A DNA stretch of 64,000 nucleotides from Methanobacteriota archaeon (lineage in GTDB: Archaea > Thermoplasmatota > Thermoplasmata > SG8-5 > JAGLSY01). Location: positions 55,304-119,303 of the forward strand of contig JAEHCO010000005.1 in assembly GCA_020697715.1 (NCBI GenBank). The letters are read 5' to 3'. Made by a program: the position numbers and the translations under genes. Shown here in pieces: positions 48,187 to 58,087 of this stretch (position 1 is the stretch's first letter; every line of letters begins with the position of its first letter). Under the pieces are notes generated by a model that saw only the letters and a program-made list of their open reading frames with translations, had not been told where the DNA came from and did not search any database.

Positions 48187-48323
48187 TTTTCACACCTCAA
48201 GAGAAGTATTGCCAAAAAGGGTTATAATCTCATGTTCGAGGCTGGGATTAGAAATGATAAAAATAGGTGTAACAAAATGAGTAATGTTTCATCTTTTTGG
48301 GTTAAGAACCGTCCATAATAAAA

Positions 48324-49235
48324 TTACTGGCTCTTTTTTATCTCGCCCATCTTTCGCACATATTCATGTGCCCATGTATCAAAGTGATAGGCCTTGTATT
48401 GGACATTGGTCGTGACCTTCTTGAACTTCCCACTTTCCTTGAGATCATGCTGAAGATCGTTTATTTGCCTTAAGGTCTTTCCCCATATAGCCACGAGTAG
48501 AAAATCAGGAAGGTTGCTGAATTCATAATGTTGAATAAAATGTGGCGTGAAATCATTGGATAGGTCGGTAATGACCTCCTGCCTCGTTATCCCTGGCTTC
48601 AAGGTCAAGTACATATATGATATGATCTCAGAGCCCACGGCAGGCTGCCACTGGATCCTAGCGTACACGGATCCTTCTTCCTCCATTTTTGCTAGTCTTC
48701 TTTTTACGGTTTTGGGGGTCACGCTCAGCTCCTTGGCAACATCAGACATGGACTTTCTTGAATTATTGGCCATGGAATTGCATATTTGATAATCTAGCTT
48801 GGAAAGAGGCGGGGTCTCATCTTTCATTTCACCGTCAGTTAAAATACCGAATGTATAATCCTCAATAGCCAGCTCTCTAACGACATCTTCAGTGAAGTTA
48901 TTGAGGTCAGATATTTTCCTAAGGTGCCCATTAATCATGACCCAGTTGTCCAAACAGGATACCACTTTATTGATATTACCCTTCTTTCCTAATTTATGTA
49001 TTGCTTTCTCCAGGGAGGGAGAATTCGATTTGCCGAAGATCAAAACCCATGCTGAGGCTGGATGGAGATTAACTGGTACCAAAATGAAGCTTTCAATTAT
49101 GCCTTCTTCCACAAGATTATTGACTCTCTTGTGCACACTGTTCACGGATATATCTAAATTATCAGAAAGCTCTCTAATGGTAATTCTTGAGTTCGCCCAC
49201 AATTCCTTGATTATGATAAGGTCAATCTCGTCCAT
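48324..49235 (-). CDS. Tandem Lrp/AsnC-family transcriptional regulator (two HTH-RAM units)
   Basis: MDEIDLIII..NSRITIRELS..SVHKRV and LSKLDYQI..NSRKSMSDVAKELSVTPKTVKRRL. Confidence 0.9.
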   Translation of the reverse strand: MDEIDLIIIKELWANSRITIRELSDNLDISVNSVHKRVNNLVEEGIIESFILVPVNLHPASAWVLIFGKSNSPSLEKAIHKLGKKGNINKVVSCLDNWVMINGHLRKISDLNNFTEDVVRELAIEDYTFGILTDGEMKDETPPLSKLDYQICNSMANNSRKSMSDVAKELSVTPKTVKRRLAKMEEEGSVYARIQWQPAVGSEIISYMYLTLKPGITRQEVITDLSNDFTPHFIQHYEFSNLPDFLLVAIWGKTLRQINDLQHDLKESGKFKKVTTNVQYKAYHFDTWAHEYVRKMGEIKKSQ

Positions 49236-49322
49236 CGAGAGTGAAATTGCCTTATACTGAATAATGGTTTCTGTTGACTGGATATTTATCTAATTCCCCG
49301 CAGATGACATATAAGAAATTAT

Positions 49323-49353
49323 TGGAGGTTTGACCGGGTGAGTCAAACCTCCA
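49323..49353 (-). terminator. Hairpin ending the 51424-49364 operon
   Basis: Perfect 12-bp stem TGGAGGTTTGAC-cgggtga-GTCAAACCTCCA. Confidence 0.65.
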
Positions 49354-49363
49354 TTTCCAAGTA

Positions 49364-50002
49364 TCAGCACCCGTCCGTCGAGTACTTATCCTTGTCCATG
49401 CCTTTGATCTTGTCCTTACCACCAGACAACCACCACAGACCACCAATGACCATGGGTATTCCGGCGATGACCAGGATACACAGCAATGCCCAGAGACCGG
49501 TGTTCACCAGGTAGTCCAGGCTCCAGGTTGAGATGGCCACATTCCAGTTGCCGTCCATGTAGATCTTCAATAAGATGAACACGTGGATGGCGAAGGAAAT
49601 ACCATTTCCGGCCTTGGTGCTATGCGAATCGGAGCCGAATATCTTCGCGCGCCTGTACTCTCGTCTTTCCCCGGACGGGAGTCTTCTCCACCATAGGAAG
49701 TAGAAGGCTATGGCCGAGACCGCTACTGGAATTCCCACGAGAAGGACTTCCCAGAAGGCTAGATGCAGGATGAAATCCACGATGTGGCCCACGGATACCT
49801 GGCTCAATGTCGATGGCACCATGCCAGTTGACTGTGCGTCCTCCACGAACCACAGATACACCATGACCGCTCCGGCCATAGCCAGGATAATACCAATAAT
49901 GGCTACTGCAAGCATCTTCCAATGCCTTTTGACGAACATCTTCCCTACTGCTTCGGAGTTCAGATCAAGCACCTCCTGTAGGCGCATTGGCTGCCTGGGC
50001 AT
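49364..50002 (-). CDS. Hypothetical membrane protein (4 TM)
   Basis: Hydrophobic helices. True start is probably downstream of the GGAGGTG at ~49975 (e.g. ATG 49939). Confidence 0.7.
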   Translation of the reverse strand: MPRQPMRLQEVLDLNSEAVGKMFVKRHWKMLAVAIIGIILAMAGAVMVYLWFVEDAQSTGMVPSTLSQVSVGHIVDFILHLAFWEVLLVGIPVAVSAIAFYFLWWRRLPSGERREYRRAKIFGSDSHSTKAGNGISFAIHVFILLKIYMDGNWNVAISTWSLDYLVNTGLWALLCILVIAGIPMVIGGLWWLSGGKDKIKGMDKDKYSTDGC

Positions 50003-50390
50003 TGGATACTATATCCATGTACTGCCAGAAGCTCTGGGTGTAATCTCCGACATCGGAGTCGTACTTGCTGTAGGATATTGCCCCTCCGATCAGAGCGATA
50101 GGCCAGCAAACAACTGCTACCACCACTCCACCGACGACTCCCAGATCCGTTGCCTTGGCTCGTATCTCGAGATCGAGATACGTATTCCCTTCCTGCTCGT
50201 ACATATTGATCACGAACCTCCTCTTGAGGCCCACTTTCGAGTCATAGGTCTCTCCCTGGATCCTGTAAGGGGACATTCTGGATACGGAGAATCCCTGCTT
50301 GGCCCAGAAATCACATATTGGAAGGTAGAGCTGATTGCCTTTGTTCCCACTGAACATCCTGTATTCGTTCTTTTCTAGCAACTGTATCAC
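49965..50390 (-). CDS. Hypothetical protein with hydrophobic hairpin
   Basis: 141 aa. GTG start overlaps the upstream stop (GTGA). Confidence 0.7.
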   Translation of the reverse strand: MIQLLEKNEYRMFSGNKGNQLYLPICDFWAKQGFSVSRMSPYRIQGETYDSKVGLKRRFVINMYEQEGNTYLDLEIRAKATDLGVVGGVVVAVVCWPIALIGGAISYSKYDSDVGDYTQSFWQYMDIVSNAQAANAPTGGA

Positions 50391-51241
50391 CTCGGTGGAT
50401 ATTGATTTCCATTTCCTTTGGATCTGAACTCGTCACTGGCCAAAATCAAGATGATGAGGGCGACGATGGCCAGGACTATGCCCAAACCGAATCCTACCGA
50501 GAATATTCCAAGGATAGCACCGACGATGACGACTGGGTATTTCTCCCTCTTCAATGCGTAGGCTCCTCCCACCATCGCACCGATGGAGCAAAGGATGAAG
50601 ACCACGCCGAATGCGAGTATGAGCGGGCCCATGCCCTCTTCTGCGAACATCTTTCCTTCCTCGCCATAAACGTATGTATCACTACCCGTGGTCAGATTGA
50701 AGTTAAGCTCAGAGTCTTCGGATATCACCATCATGTCTTCAAAGACCTCATTAGTACCAGAATCGGCATTGATGATGAGCACATGGTGCTCCAGAGTATT
50801 GAAACCGCTCTTTTCAACAGTTAATAATTGATATCCAGTTGGAACACCAAGCATCTGGTAGTGGCCTGTGGAATCCGTTAACACAGTAATATGAGTTCCC
50901 GCGATGGTCAGAGTAGCATTGTCGATGGGTGTTCCATCCGCTGCCAGGACCATGCCAGTTATGTCTATCTGACCACTGCCCATGTCAAATGTACCTCCGC
51001 TTTCCACATATATCCCACCAGCGACCATGAAGGATCCCATGATGAGACCCAATATCCCAACCACCAGGAGCAGTCCTCCTGCTATCTTGGGCTTGTCACT
51101 GTGCTTCCTCCGCGGGGGCGGGGGTGGATAATATTGATGATTATATCCATACTGGCTTTGATCATATCCTTGTGGTGGCTGCGGGGGCATCTGCGCTGTA
51201 TTGGCATTCTGTGCCCCGTTGTTCGTATTATTATTTTCCAT
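50387..51241 (-). CDS. Membrane protein with carboxypeptidase-regulatory-like (transthyretin-fold) domain and Pro/Gln/Tyr-rich N-terminus
   Basis: ITGMVLAADGTPIDNATLTI..TDSTGHY..VPTGYQLLTVEKSGF, flanked by TM helices. Confidence 0.8.
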   Translation of the reverse strand: MENNNTNNGAQNANTAQMPPQPPQGYDQSQYGYNHQYYPPPPPRRKHSDKPKIAGGLLLVVGILGLIMGSFMVAGGIYVESGGTFDMGSGQIDITGMVLAADGTPIDNATLTIAGTHITVLTDSTGHYQMLGVPTGYQLLTVEKSGFNTLEHHVLIINADSGTNEVFEDMMVISEDSELNFNLTTGSDTYVYGEEGKMFAEEGMGPLILAFGVVFILCSIGAMVGGAYALKREKYPVVIVGAILGIFSVGFGLGIVLAIVALIILILASDEFRSKGNGNQYPPR

Positions 51242-51424
51242 TTATATCACCTTTATTTTGTTAATTCCTGCTGTCCCGAGCATCGAGATCTCGCAGGTGT
51301 TCGTGAAACCCAGTGTCGAGGCTAGGTATTCCGCATTGCCCCTGAACATCTCTGGGTTCGCTCTTTCGTTCATGTTGCTGGCTCCATTCCCGTTATGGGT
51401 TCTTTGATATTTGTCGAGTATCAT
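51242..51424 (-). CDS. Small hypothetical protein (60 aa) heading the operon
   Basis: RBS AGGTGAG and TATA (TTATATA ~51466-51460) upstream. Stop codon abuts the next ATG. Confidence 0.5.
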   Translation of the reverse strand: MILDKYQRTHNGNGASNMNERANPEMFRGNAEYLASTLGFTNTCEISMLGTAGINKIKVI

Positions 51425-51545
51425 TCATCTCACCTATAACGAGAAATGGGGCTAATCGATATATAAGCTAAAGAACAAGTTTGTCTAAAAAGAGCTTCAC
51501 AAGTTTCTTTCGATAATCTTTAAATATAATGAACACGGAATTTGG

Positions 51546-52760
51546 GTGTGTATGAAAGCCAAGGGTTTCCCCAAATATTTCTCATTAAGTTGCTGGGTAG
51601 AGGGACCTCTTGAAGGCATGATGGACCTGTCCACGGATGTGGAGGAATACAAGTCCAGATTGCAGAACATACTGGCTCTAGGGATTATGGTAATGGTCTC
51701 ATCCCTCATTCTTCTTGGTATTTCATTGTTTATCAATGCCTGGAACCTGGTATACCCCTTTATCAATTCCACTGTTCCGACAAATGTAACTCAGACCCTG
51801 ACAGTCGCGATACTGGCTCTACTCTTCATGGCCATATCCTTCATCACGATATTGCTCATACTCCAGATATGGAGATACATCACTGTAATGAACAAACGTT
51901 TTGAGAATGTGGAAGATCTTTTCGGAATGTCCGGTACAGGAGAGAATGTGGAAGATAGAACAGGATCTGAAAGTAAAGAGCCCGCAGAGATGAAAGGTCT
52001 CTTCAACCTTCTTGGAGCTTCCACCTCCTTCACGAAAGACATCGTCCAGAACATGCCCCAGGTCTCCAAACAGATGAAGTTCATTCGAACATTGTTTTAC
52101 CTCATGCCCCTGTATTATCTGATACTCAGGTTTGTGCTTCCATTGCTATTCACTGACGGACTGGAGCCCGTGCTTTCAGGTTCCATCGGGGCCGTATATG
52201 AGATGTCCATGATAGCCATTTCTTTATTCGCCATCTATGCCGGTCTGTGCTATGTCGAGGCTGGCAGGTTCATCGATGTCATATATGGGAGAATGAAAGT
52301 GCTGGATGGAGTGAATTCCGCCCCCCTGCCACTGATCCCGGAATCGAATTCGCCAGCAGAAAGCTTGGTTCAGTATCTCAAGGGCTCGCACAAATGCTAC
52401 GAAGTTCTTGAGGCATGTCATGCGGACGAGTACATCATCAAGCACGAATCATCAGAATGTGTCGTACTGGCCCTGATAACCTATTCTCCACCCACCGTGG
52501 AACTGGTCAAAGATTTCACGAAGAAAGTGCAGGAACTCCTGGACAACATAGGCCCCCATCTTCCACCCAAAGGCCGGTTCATTGTATTGTATTCGCCAAA
52601 GGAAAGCATTCCTGGAGAGATCGGAGACGATGTATCCGAATTCTTGATACATCATCCCCTATCACTCGGCAAGGGACCTGGCGGGGGAAGATCCGAGACC
52701 ATTGTGCAGATCATGATAGAGGAGGAAGGAGCGTACGGACTGTTCCCGTTCGTTGAGTAA
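51546..52760 (+). CDS. Hypothetical membrane protein (4 TM plus C-terminal alpha/beta domain)
   Basis: 404-aa ORF. True start likely ATG 51618/51621. Confidence 0.7.
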   Translation: MCMKAKGFPKYFSLSCWVEGPLEGMMDLSTDVEEYKSRLQNILALGIMVMVSSLILLGISLFINAWNLVYPFINSTVPTNVTQTLTVAILALLFMAISFITILLILQIWRYITVMNKRFENVEDLFGMSGTGENVEDRTGSESKEPAEMKGLFNLLGASTSFTKDIVQNMPQVSKQMKFIRTLFYLMPLYYLILRFVLPLLFTDGLEPVLSGSIGAVYEMSMIAISLFAIYAGLCYVEAGRFIDVIYGRMKVLDGVNSAPLPLIPESNSPAESLVQYLKGSHKCYEVLEACHADEYIIKHESSECVVLALITYSPPTVELVKDFTKKVQELLDNIGPHLPPKGRFIVLYSPKESIPGEIGDDVSEFLIHHPLSLGKGPGGGRSETIVQIMIEEEGAYGLFPFVE

Positions 52761-52771
52761 GGGGTGTGTGA

Positions 52772-53167
52772 ATGGACGGGGACAAAAGAAGATACAAAAG
52801 CTGGGAACTCTACTCCTGTCTTGCCCTGAACAGACTTGCTGGCGAGCTGAACATCGATATTTATCAAAATAATATATCCGAGGTACTGGACAAGATATTC
52901 GAGGAAGGGGTGCCCAGTATTCCGAAGGTGGAGATATCCTTCGAGATCAAGTCAAACCATCAAATGACGAACAAGGTCCTGAAGAAGCTGGAGGATGATG
53001 GGTTGGTGACTCTGGAAAAGGATGACAGAAGATATAATATCTCCATCACGAAGGAGGGGATAATATATCTGAGAAAGTTCAATGCTTATTTCGTCCACAC
53101 CTACAATGACATCATACAAGATCATTACAGGTATCGGCAAGTTCCACGCTGGTTCGAGATAGAATAA
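52772..53167 (+). CDS. Winged-helix DNA-binding protein
   Basis: TNKVLKKLEDDGLVTLEK..RYNISITKEGIIYL wing motif. Confidence 0.7.
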   Translation: MDGDKRRYKSWELYSCLALNRLAGELNIDIYQNNISEVLDKIFEEGVPSIPKVEISFEIKSNHQMTNKVLKKLEDDGLVTLEKDDRRYNISITKEGIIYLRKFNAYFVHTYNDIIQDHYRYRQVPRWFEIE

Positions 53168-53214
53168 TAGTAATAGTAATATCAAAAAGGTAATAAGAAC
53201 AAAACTGAAAAGTG

Positions 53215-53238
53215 ATGGCCTGGCTCACACCAGGCCAT
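53215..53238. terminator. Hairpin between convergent genes
   Basis: ATGGCCTGG-ctcaca-CCAGGCCAT with A/T tracts on both sides. Confidence 0.6.
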
Positions 53239-53271
53239 ATTAATTGTTTTTTAAGTTAAAGTAATTGAACA

Positions 53272-53409
53272 TCACTTTCTCTTGTTGAAACAGTCGCGGC
53301 AATATACTGGCCTGCCTTCTGTTGGTTTGAAAGGTACTTCTGTTTCCTGATTGCACTCTGCGCATACGGCCTTGTGCATTTCGCGTGGTCCTCTGTCGTT
53401 GTATCCCAT
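53272..53409 (-). CDS. Small CxxC-x17-CxxC zinc-finger protein (45 aa; not in ORF track)
   Basis: MGYNDRGPREMHKAVCAECNQETEVPFKPTEGRPVYCRDCFNKRK with strong RBS GGGAGGTG. Confidence 0.92.
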   Translation of the reverse strand: MGYNDRGPREMHKAVCAECNQETEVPFKPTEGRPVYCRDCFNKRK

Positions 53410-53650
53410 TGTCTTTACACCTCCCTGGATGTATAAATCACCAATCATGTGAAAACAGTTAACAAAGAAACCTTTACTAATCGCCCAATATGATGTATCT
53501 GATTGAAGGAGAGTAGTTGAGATAGTACATAATGGTTCCTACTGTTTTAACAAATTGAAAATATCGGAATATTCCACATCTAACTGGTCACAACTTTCCA
53601 GTTATATTATATACTCAAACTTACATTTTCTACAAAAAGGAGAAGAAACT

Positions 53651-55048
53651 ATGACACCACGAGAAGATCATGAGAGAGAAGCAAGTCAGATCCTGGATTC
53701 GTGCTACAGCCAGATCAAGGACATTGAAGTTGATTATATAGATATCAGATACGAGATAAAGAAGGAAACTGATATCGGTTTTGAAAGTGCTGACATTAAA
53801 GAGGTCGGCTCGAACACCACGGACGGCTATGTCGTGAGGGTATTGAACAATGGAGGCTTTGGCCTATCCATAGTGACAAAATTGGAGGATATCCCCTGGG
53901 CCATAGATAAGGCGAAGGAGGCCGCGAAGGTGATATCAGCCACTGACAGGTCCGCGCTGGCTGATGTTCCCGTGGTCAAGGACATCATCATGCTGGAACT
54001 GGAACTGGATCCCAGAGATGTCCCATTGGAAGAAAAAATGCATTTGACCAGGAAGTACAATGATATCATGCTGGCACAGCCCGAGATATCATCCACCAGT
54101 CTGGCTTACAGTGAGGTGTATCGCAAGAAATTCTATGTGAACTCCGAGGGAACCCGGGTGGCAGAGGAGCTTATGACCGTGAGCATGAGCGGCCAGGCAG
54201 TTGCCTCAAGAGATGGCGTATCCCAGAATGTCCGCGTGAGCATTGGCGGATCAACAGGCATGAAGAACCTGTATGGCAGGGAAGATGTGTTTGTTCGTAG
54301 GGCGGAGATTGCTCGGGAACTACTGGATGCCGAGCCAGTCAAGGGCGGGACATACAAGGTCTTGCTTAATTCCAGCATGACCGGGGTATTCGCCCACGAG
54401 GCCTTTGGGCATTTCAGCGAGGCTGACGGTCTGGAGAACAATAAATCCCTTAGGGAGAAAATGCAGATGGGCCTCAAGCTTGGCTCTGACAAGATAACGA
54501 TTATCGCGGACTCCACAATGGAAGGAGATCTCGGATATTATCAATACGATGATGAAGGTGTGAAGGTGAAGAAGGTCACATTGCTGGATAAAGGCGTGCT
54601 GACTGGAAGATTACATTCAAGGAAGACCGCGGCGAACTTTGGCGAGGAATACACAGGCCATAGTGTTGCCGAGGATTATCGATACTCGCCAATTATCAGG
54701 ATGGGGACCATCTTCGTGGAGCCCGGCGACAAGGAATTTGATGACCTTGTCAAGGAAGTGGGCGATGGTCTTTACATATGCGATGCGAAGGGGGGCCAGA
54801 CCGTGGGAGGGAACTTCACATTCGGAGCTCAATACGGCTACCTTATCAAGGATGGGAAGATCGGACCAATGGTCCGTGATATCAATATGATGGGTAATCT
54901 CTTCACCACCCTGGAGAACATCGAGGCAGTGGGAAATGATTTTCATCTATCCGAAAGGGGTGGATGCGGCAAGGGCCAGTGGAATATCAAGTCCGCTCAT
55001 GGTGGTCCACATATGATCATCAAAGACACTGTCGTGGGGGGGGTTTGA
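53651..55048 (+). CDS. tldD: TldD family metalloprotease
   Basis: GVFAHEAFGHFSEAD (HExxxH), YDDEGV, PIIRM and GGCGKGQ..GGPH. ATG 53651 follows AAGGAG. Confidence 0.92.
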   Translation: MTPREDHEREASQILDSCYSQIKDIEVDYIDIRYEIKKETDIGFESADIKEVGSNTTDGYVVRVLNNGGFGLSIVTKLEDIPWAIDKAKEAAKVISATDRSALADVPVVKDIIMLELELDPRDVPLEEKMHLTRKYNDIMLAQPEISSTSLAYSEVYRKKFYVNSEGTRVAEELMTVSMSGQAVASRDGVSQNVRVSIGGSTGMKNLYGREDVFVRRAEIARELLDAEPVKGGTYKVLLNSSMTGVFAHEAFGHFSEADGLENNKSLREKMQMGLKLGSDKITIIADSTMEGDLGYYQYDDEGVKVKKVTLLDKGVLTGRLHSRKTAANFGEEYTGHSVAEDYRYSPIIRMGTIFVEPGDKEFDDLVKEVGDGLYICDAKGGQTVGGNFTFGAQYGYLIKDGKIGPMVRDINMMGNLFTTLENIEAVGNDFHLSERGGCGKGQWNIKSAHGGPHMIIKDTVVGGV

Positions 55049-55076
55049 ATGCGAGAACGAAGTTATTGCATTCAAA
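55044..55076. repeat. REP-like hairpin overlapping the tldD stop codon
   Basis: TTTGAATGCGA-gaacgaagtta-TTGCATTCAAA; similar to 13959-13985. Confidence 0.6.
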
Positions 55077-55108
55077 AGCCCGGAATGACAATGAGGGGGT
55101 TCTGAAAA

Positions 55109-56416
55109 ATGAAGAAAGTACTCGAAATAGCGGATAAATTAGTGGATGAGGCCGAGATACTCTTCATGGAGGATAAGGCATCCAGTCTTACAGTTGAAGA
55201 TTCCAAGCTAAGGGATATTATGGGAACCATCCAGTCAGGTTACGCCCTGCGTGTGATCAAGGATGGAAAGATAGGAAATGCCTACACACGCAATCTTATA
55301 GATAGAGAGGAACTGGTTAAGAATGCACTGAGCTCCCTCATAGGGGAGGTCAAGGCAGATTATAGTTTTCCAGAACCTGCAAAAACAAAAGAATTCAGTC
55401 AATTCAGCAAAGAGACTGAAGAGCTTACCTATGCCGATCTGCAGGATAAGTGCGATGGGCCCACCAATTATTTTGATGGAAAAGTAGCTGGCCAGGTCAA
55501 TTGCTATTCAGGAATGGAGGTAAGGGTTAGAAAGATAATGAACACACACGGTGTCGATCATGAAGAGAAGAGTACGACCTTCTATACAGTTCCCGCTCTG
55601 GTATATCCAGGCACCCACACCTTCATATGGAACATGTTCCAGACAGTATCGCCACAGAGCCTGACGGAAGCGGAGTTGCAGGACCAGCTGGACCTCTATA
55701 CCCGATCTCTGCCAGAAGTGGAGATCGGATCTGGCAAGATGAAGGTCATGTTAATGCCCGGAGCTTTCACCTACATGGAATGGAGATTGGGCGCGGGTGC
55801 GAATGGAAAGAGCTTCTATGATAAGAGCTCGCCTCTTGTGAACAAAGTGGGAGAAAAGATAGTATCCGATAAGATCACTATAACCAATGATCCTCATGAC
55901 CTGGAATGGCTGGGGGCCTGTGCCTTTGATGATGAAGGCGTGCCAACAAGAAAATTGGATATCATCAAAGATGGTGTATTGAAAACCTGCTTCGTGGATC
56001 TGGATTATGCCAATAAGCTTAACATGGAGCCCACAGGAACTGGCTTCAGAGAGACAATGTGGGGCGATGATGGCGTATCCATACCCGTGGCTCCCAATTT
56101 GAAACACATTCGCATACAGCCCGGCAAGGAGTCCTTCAAAGAGCTCCTTGGCATGATGGATGAGGGTGTGATAGCTTTCAATATGATCGGGGCTCATTCT
56201 GGAAATCTGCTCAATGGCGACTTCTCATTGGGCCTGAACCCAGGCTTCTATGTGAAGAACGGGGAGATCGTCGGAAGGGTGAAGGATGGCATGATAGCTG
56301 GCAATATCTATGAACAGCTAAGCAATGTGCTGGGTGTGGAGGACAGAGCCCATGATAAGAACGGAATTCCTCATCCCTGCATACTCTTCGATGATGTCGC
56401 GGTCTCGGCAAAATAA
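55109..56416 (+). CDS. pmbA: TldE/PmbA family protein
   Basis: FDDEGVPT, TGTGFR and GAHSGNLLNGDFSL; lacks HExxxH; paired with tldD. Confidence 0.9.
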   Translation: MKKVLEIADKLVDEAEILFMEDKASSLTVEDSKLRDIMGTIQSGYALRVIKDGKIGNAYTRNLIDREELVKNALSSLIGEVKADYSFPEPAKTKEFSQFSKETEELTYADLQDKCDGPTNYFDGKVAGQVNCYSGMEVRVRKIMNTHGVDHEEKSTTFYTVPALVYPGTHTFIWNMFQTVSPQSLTEAELQDQLDLYTRSLPEVEIGSGKMKVMLMPGAFTYMEWRLGAGANGKSFYDKSSPLVNKVGEKIVSDKITITNDPHDLEWLGACAFDDEGVPTRKLDIIKDGVLKTCFVDLDYANKLNMEPTGTGFRETMWGDDGVSIPVAPNLKHIRIQPGKESFKELLGMMDEGVIAFNMIGAHSGNLLNGDFSLGLNPGFYVKNGEIVGRVKDGMIAGNIYEQLSNVLGVEDRAHDKNGIPHPCILFDDVAVSAK

Positions 56417-56523
56417 TATCTATATGAGTTAATGAATGGGATTATACAGATTAAGGACTGTGCCATATAGAAGCATGCTCATTTGGCGCAATCCTTAATA
56501 CCCACTCATGGTATCTTACATTG

Positions 56524-58032
56524 ATGATGAAGAAACTGGCAGTACTGATCCTTGGAATATTATTCATAATGTCCATCATTGGCGGAATTTGGTCAATGAC
56601 CGTGGATCAACCAAGGGCAGGATTTTCTGAGGGGGATTACACAAGACCTGCAGCCAGTGGAGGCTTTAATATAGAAGATATACCAAGCTACACCAATAGC
56701 GAGCATGATTCTCCAGATCTGAATATCGAGTTCCTTCTGAGTCATTTCTACAAGGAATATGGGAGTGTCATTTCCTTGAAGGTCACCAATCCTCGCGGCA
56801 ACATTCACAGAGATAATGAGGATATATTCCTGACGGACATTGCCTTTGAATGGGTCGATACAGGTGAGAGATATAGCAAACATGTGAATGTCTTGGTCGA
56901 GGATGGAGAGACCGTGGAGCTGGGTCTGCTCAATGTTGATGGCCCAGGCATATCTGGTGAGATCGAATATAGATTTCTGGTTCAAGCCTTGGAAAGACAA
57001 AGTGATAACACTTATATCAAATTAGTAGGAGGCGATGATGACTGGATGCCCTTCACACCAGGTTACATCAGCGTGCTCGATGAGATAGATGAGATGGAAT
57101 ATGATTATGAGATCAATTATTATCATTATTATGACAAGACCAATGAGCTGGTCACACCAGATTCCCCATCAATAATTTACAGAGCTAGGCTGGAAACTGA
57201 GCAATTGGGCTCTGTATACAAGATCAGCAAGGTTGCGGCAATATTCGATTATGCAAATGAGGACCTCACATACGTATTGGAGCCAGAGGGTGAGGATGAA
57301 TGGCAGAGGCCGGAAGAATTGCTGAGCACTATGGAGGGCGATTGTGAGGATTATTCCCTCCTGATAGCGGCCATGGTGAACGCCATTGGAGGGACATCAA
57401 GGATGTACCTGATAGAAGGACATGCCTTCGCGGCTATCTATGTGGGTGATACTATAAGGGATCTAGAATCCGCCGAGGACAGTATCAATGCCTACTACAA
57501 TGCGGATCTGAAAATACACTATCTGGAAGATGAGACTGGCTATTGGATAGTCGCAGATCCATTGGGTTCTTTTTACTTTGGTGGAGCACCGGTTGGGTCA
57601 GCCCCGATAAGTGGAAATGATGGCTGGGATTGGACCTTCGATGACACCGATGTAGTTCATGCCATTGATATAACAGGAGTGGTACCAGAGATAGTCGTTT
57701 GGTACAATATCATCTTCTGGATGTTCCTTATGTTCATAACTGGAATTATATTGATATTCGCAAGCACTTACAGTTCGAAAAAGGAGAGCGTGGCATCGGA
57801 TATGGTATGTTCACAATGCAATATGGAGATCAATGAGAATCCTATGACATGCCCCAATTGCAATGCCAGATTGCATATTTCATGCCTGAATGCAGGAAGA
57901 TACTGTCCGATATGCGGGACCATGATATTAGCTCCACCACCTCCGCCTATTGATCTGGATCCTACGCCAGTTCATCAGGTATCTCCACCACCAGTAAGGC
58001 AGATACCACCACCTCCTCCACCTGACGAATGA
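56524..58032 (+). CDS. Membrane-anchored transglutaminase-like protein with cytoplasmic C4HC3 RING/PHD-like finger and poly-Pro tail
   Basis: N-terminal signal/TM, catalytic GDCEDY / GHAF / ADP triad, second TM, then CSQC..CPNC..H..C..CPIC. Confidence 0.85.
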   Translation: MMKKLAVLILGILFIMSIIGGIWSMTVDQPRAGFSEGDYTRPAASGGFNIEDIPSYTNSEHDSPDLNIEFLLSHFYKEYGSVISLKVTNPRGNIHRDNEDIFLTDIAFEWVDTGERYSKHVNVLVEDGETVELGLLNVDGPGISGEIEYRFLVQALERQSDNTYIKLVGGDDDWMPFTPGYISVLDEIDEMEYDYEINYYHYYDKTNELVTPDSPSIIYRARLETEQLGSVYKISKVAAIFDYANEDLTYVLEPEGEDEWQRPEELLSTMEGDCEDYSLLIAAMVNAIGGTSRMYLIEGHAFAAIYVGDTIRDLESAEDSINAYYNADLKIHYLEDETGYWIVADPLGSFYFGGAPVGSAPISGNDGWDWTFDDTDVVHAIDITGVVPEIVVWYNIIFWMFLMFITGIILIFASTYSSKKESVASDMVCSQCNMEINENPMTCPNCNARLHISCLNAGRYCPICGTMILAPPPPPIDLDPTPVHQVSPPPVRQIPPPPPPDE

Positions 58033-58087
58033 TCGTATGAACTGGCCAAGACTAGGCTTGAAATAATGAGATATAATTAATATTTAT

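Noticed and set aside
45295-53167. Prophage or integrative element at tRNA-Pro
   Set aside because: No integrase, viral or conjugation genes, and no att duplication of the tRNA 3' end was seen in the window.
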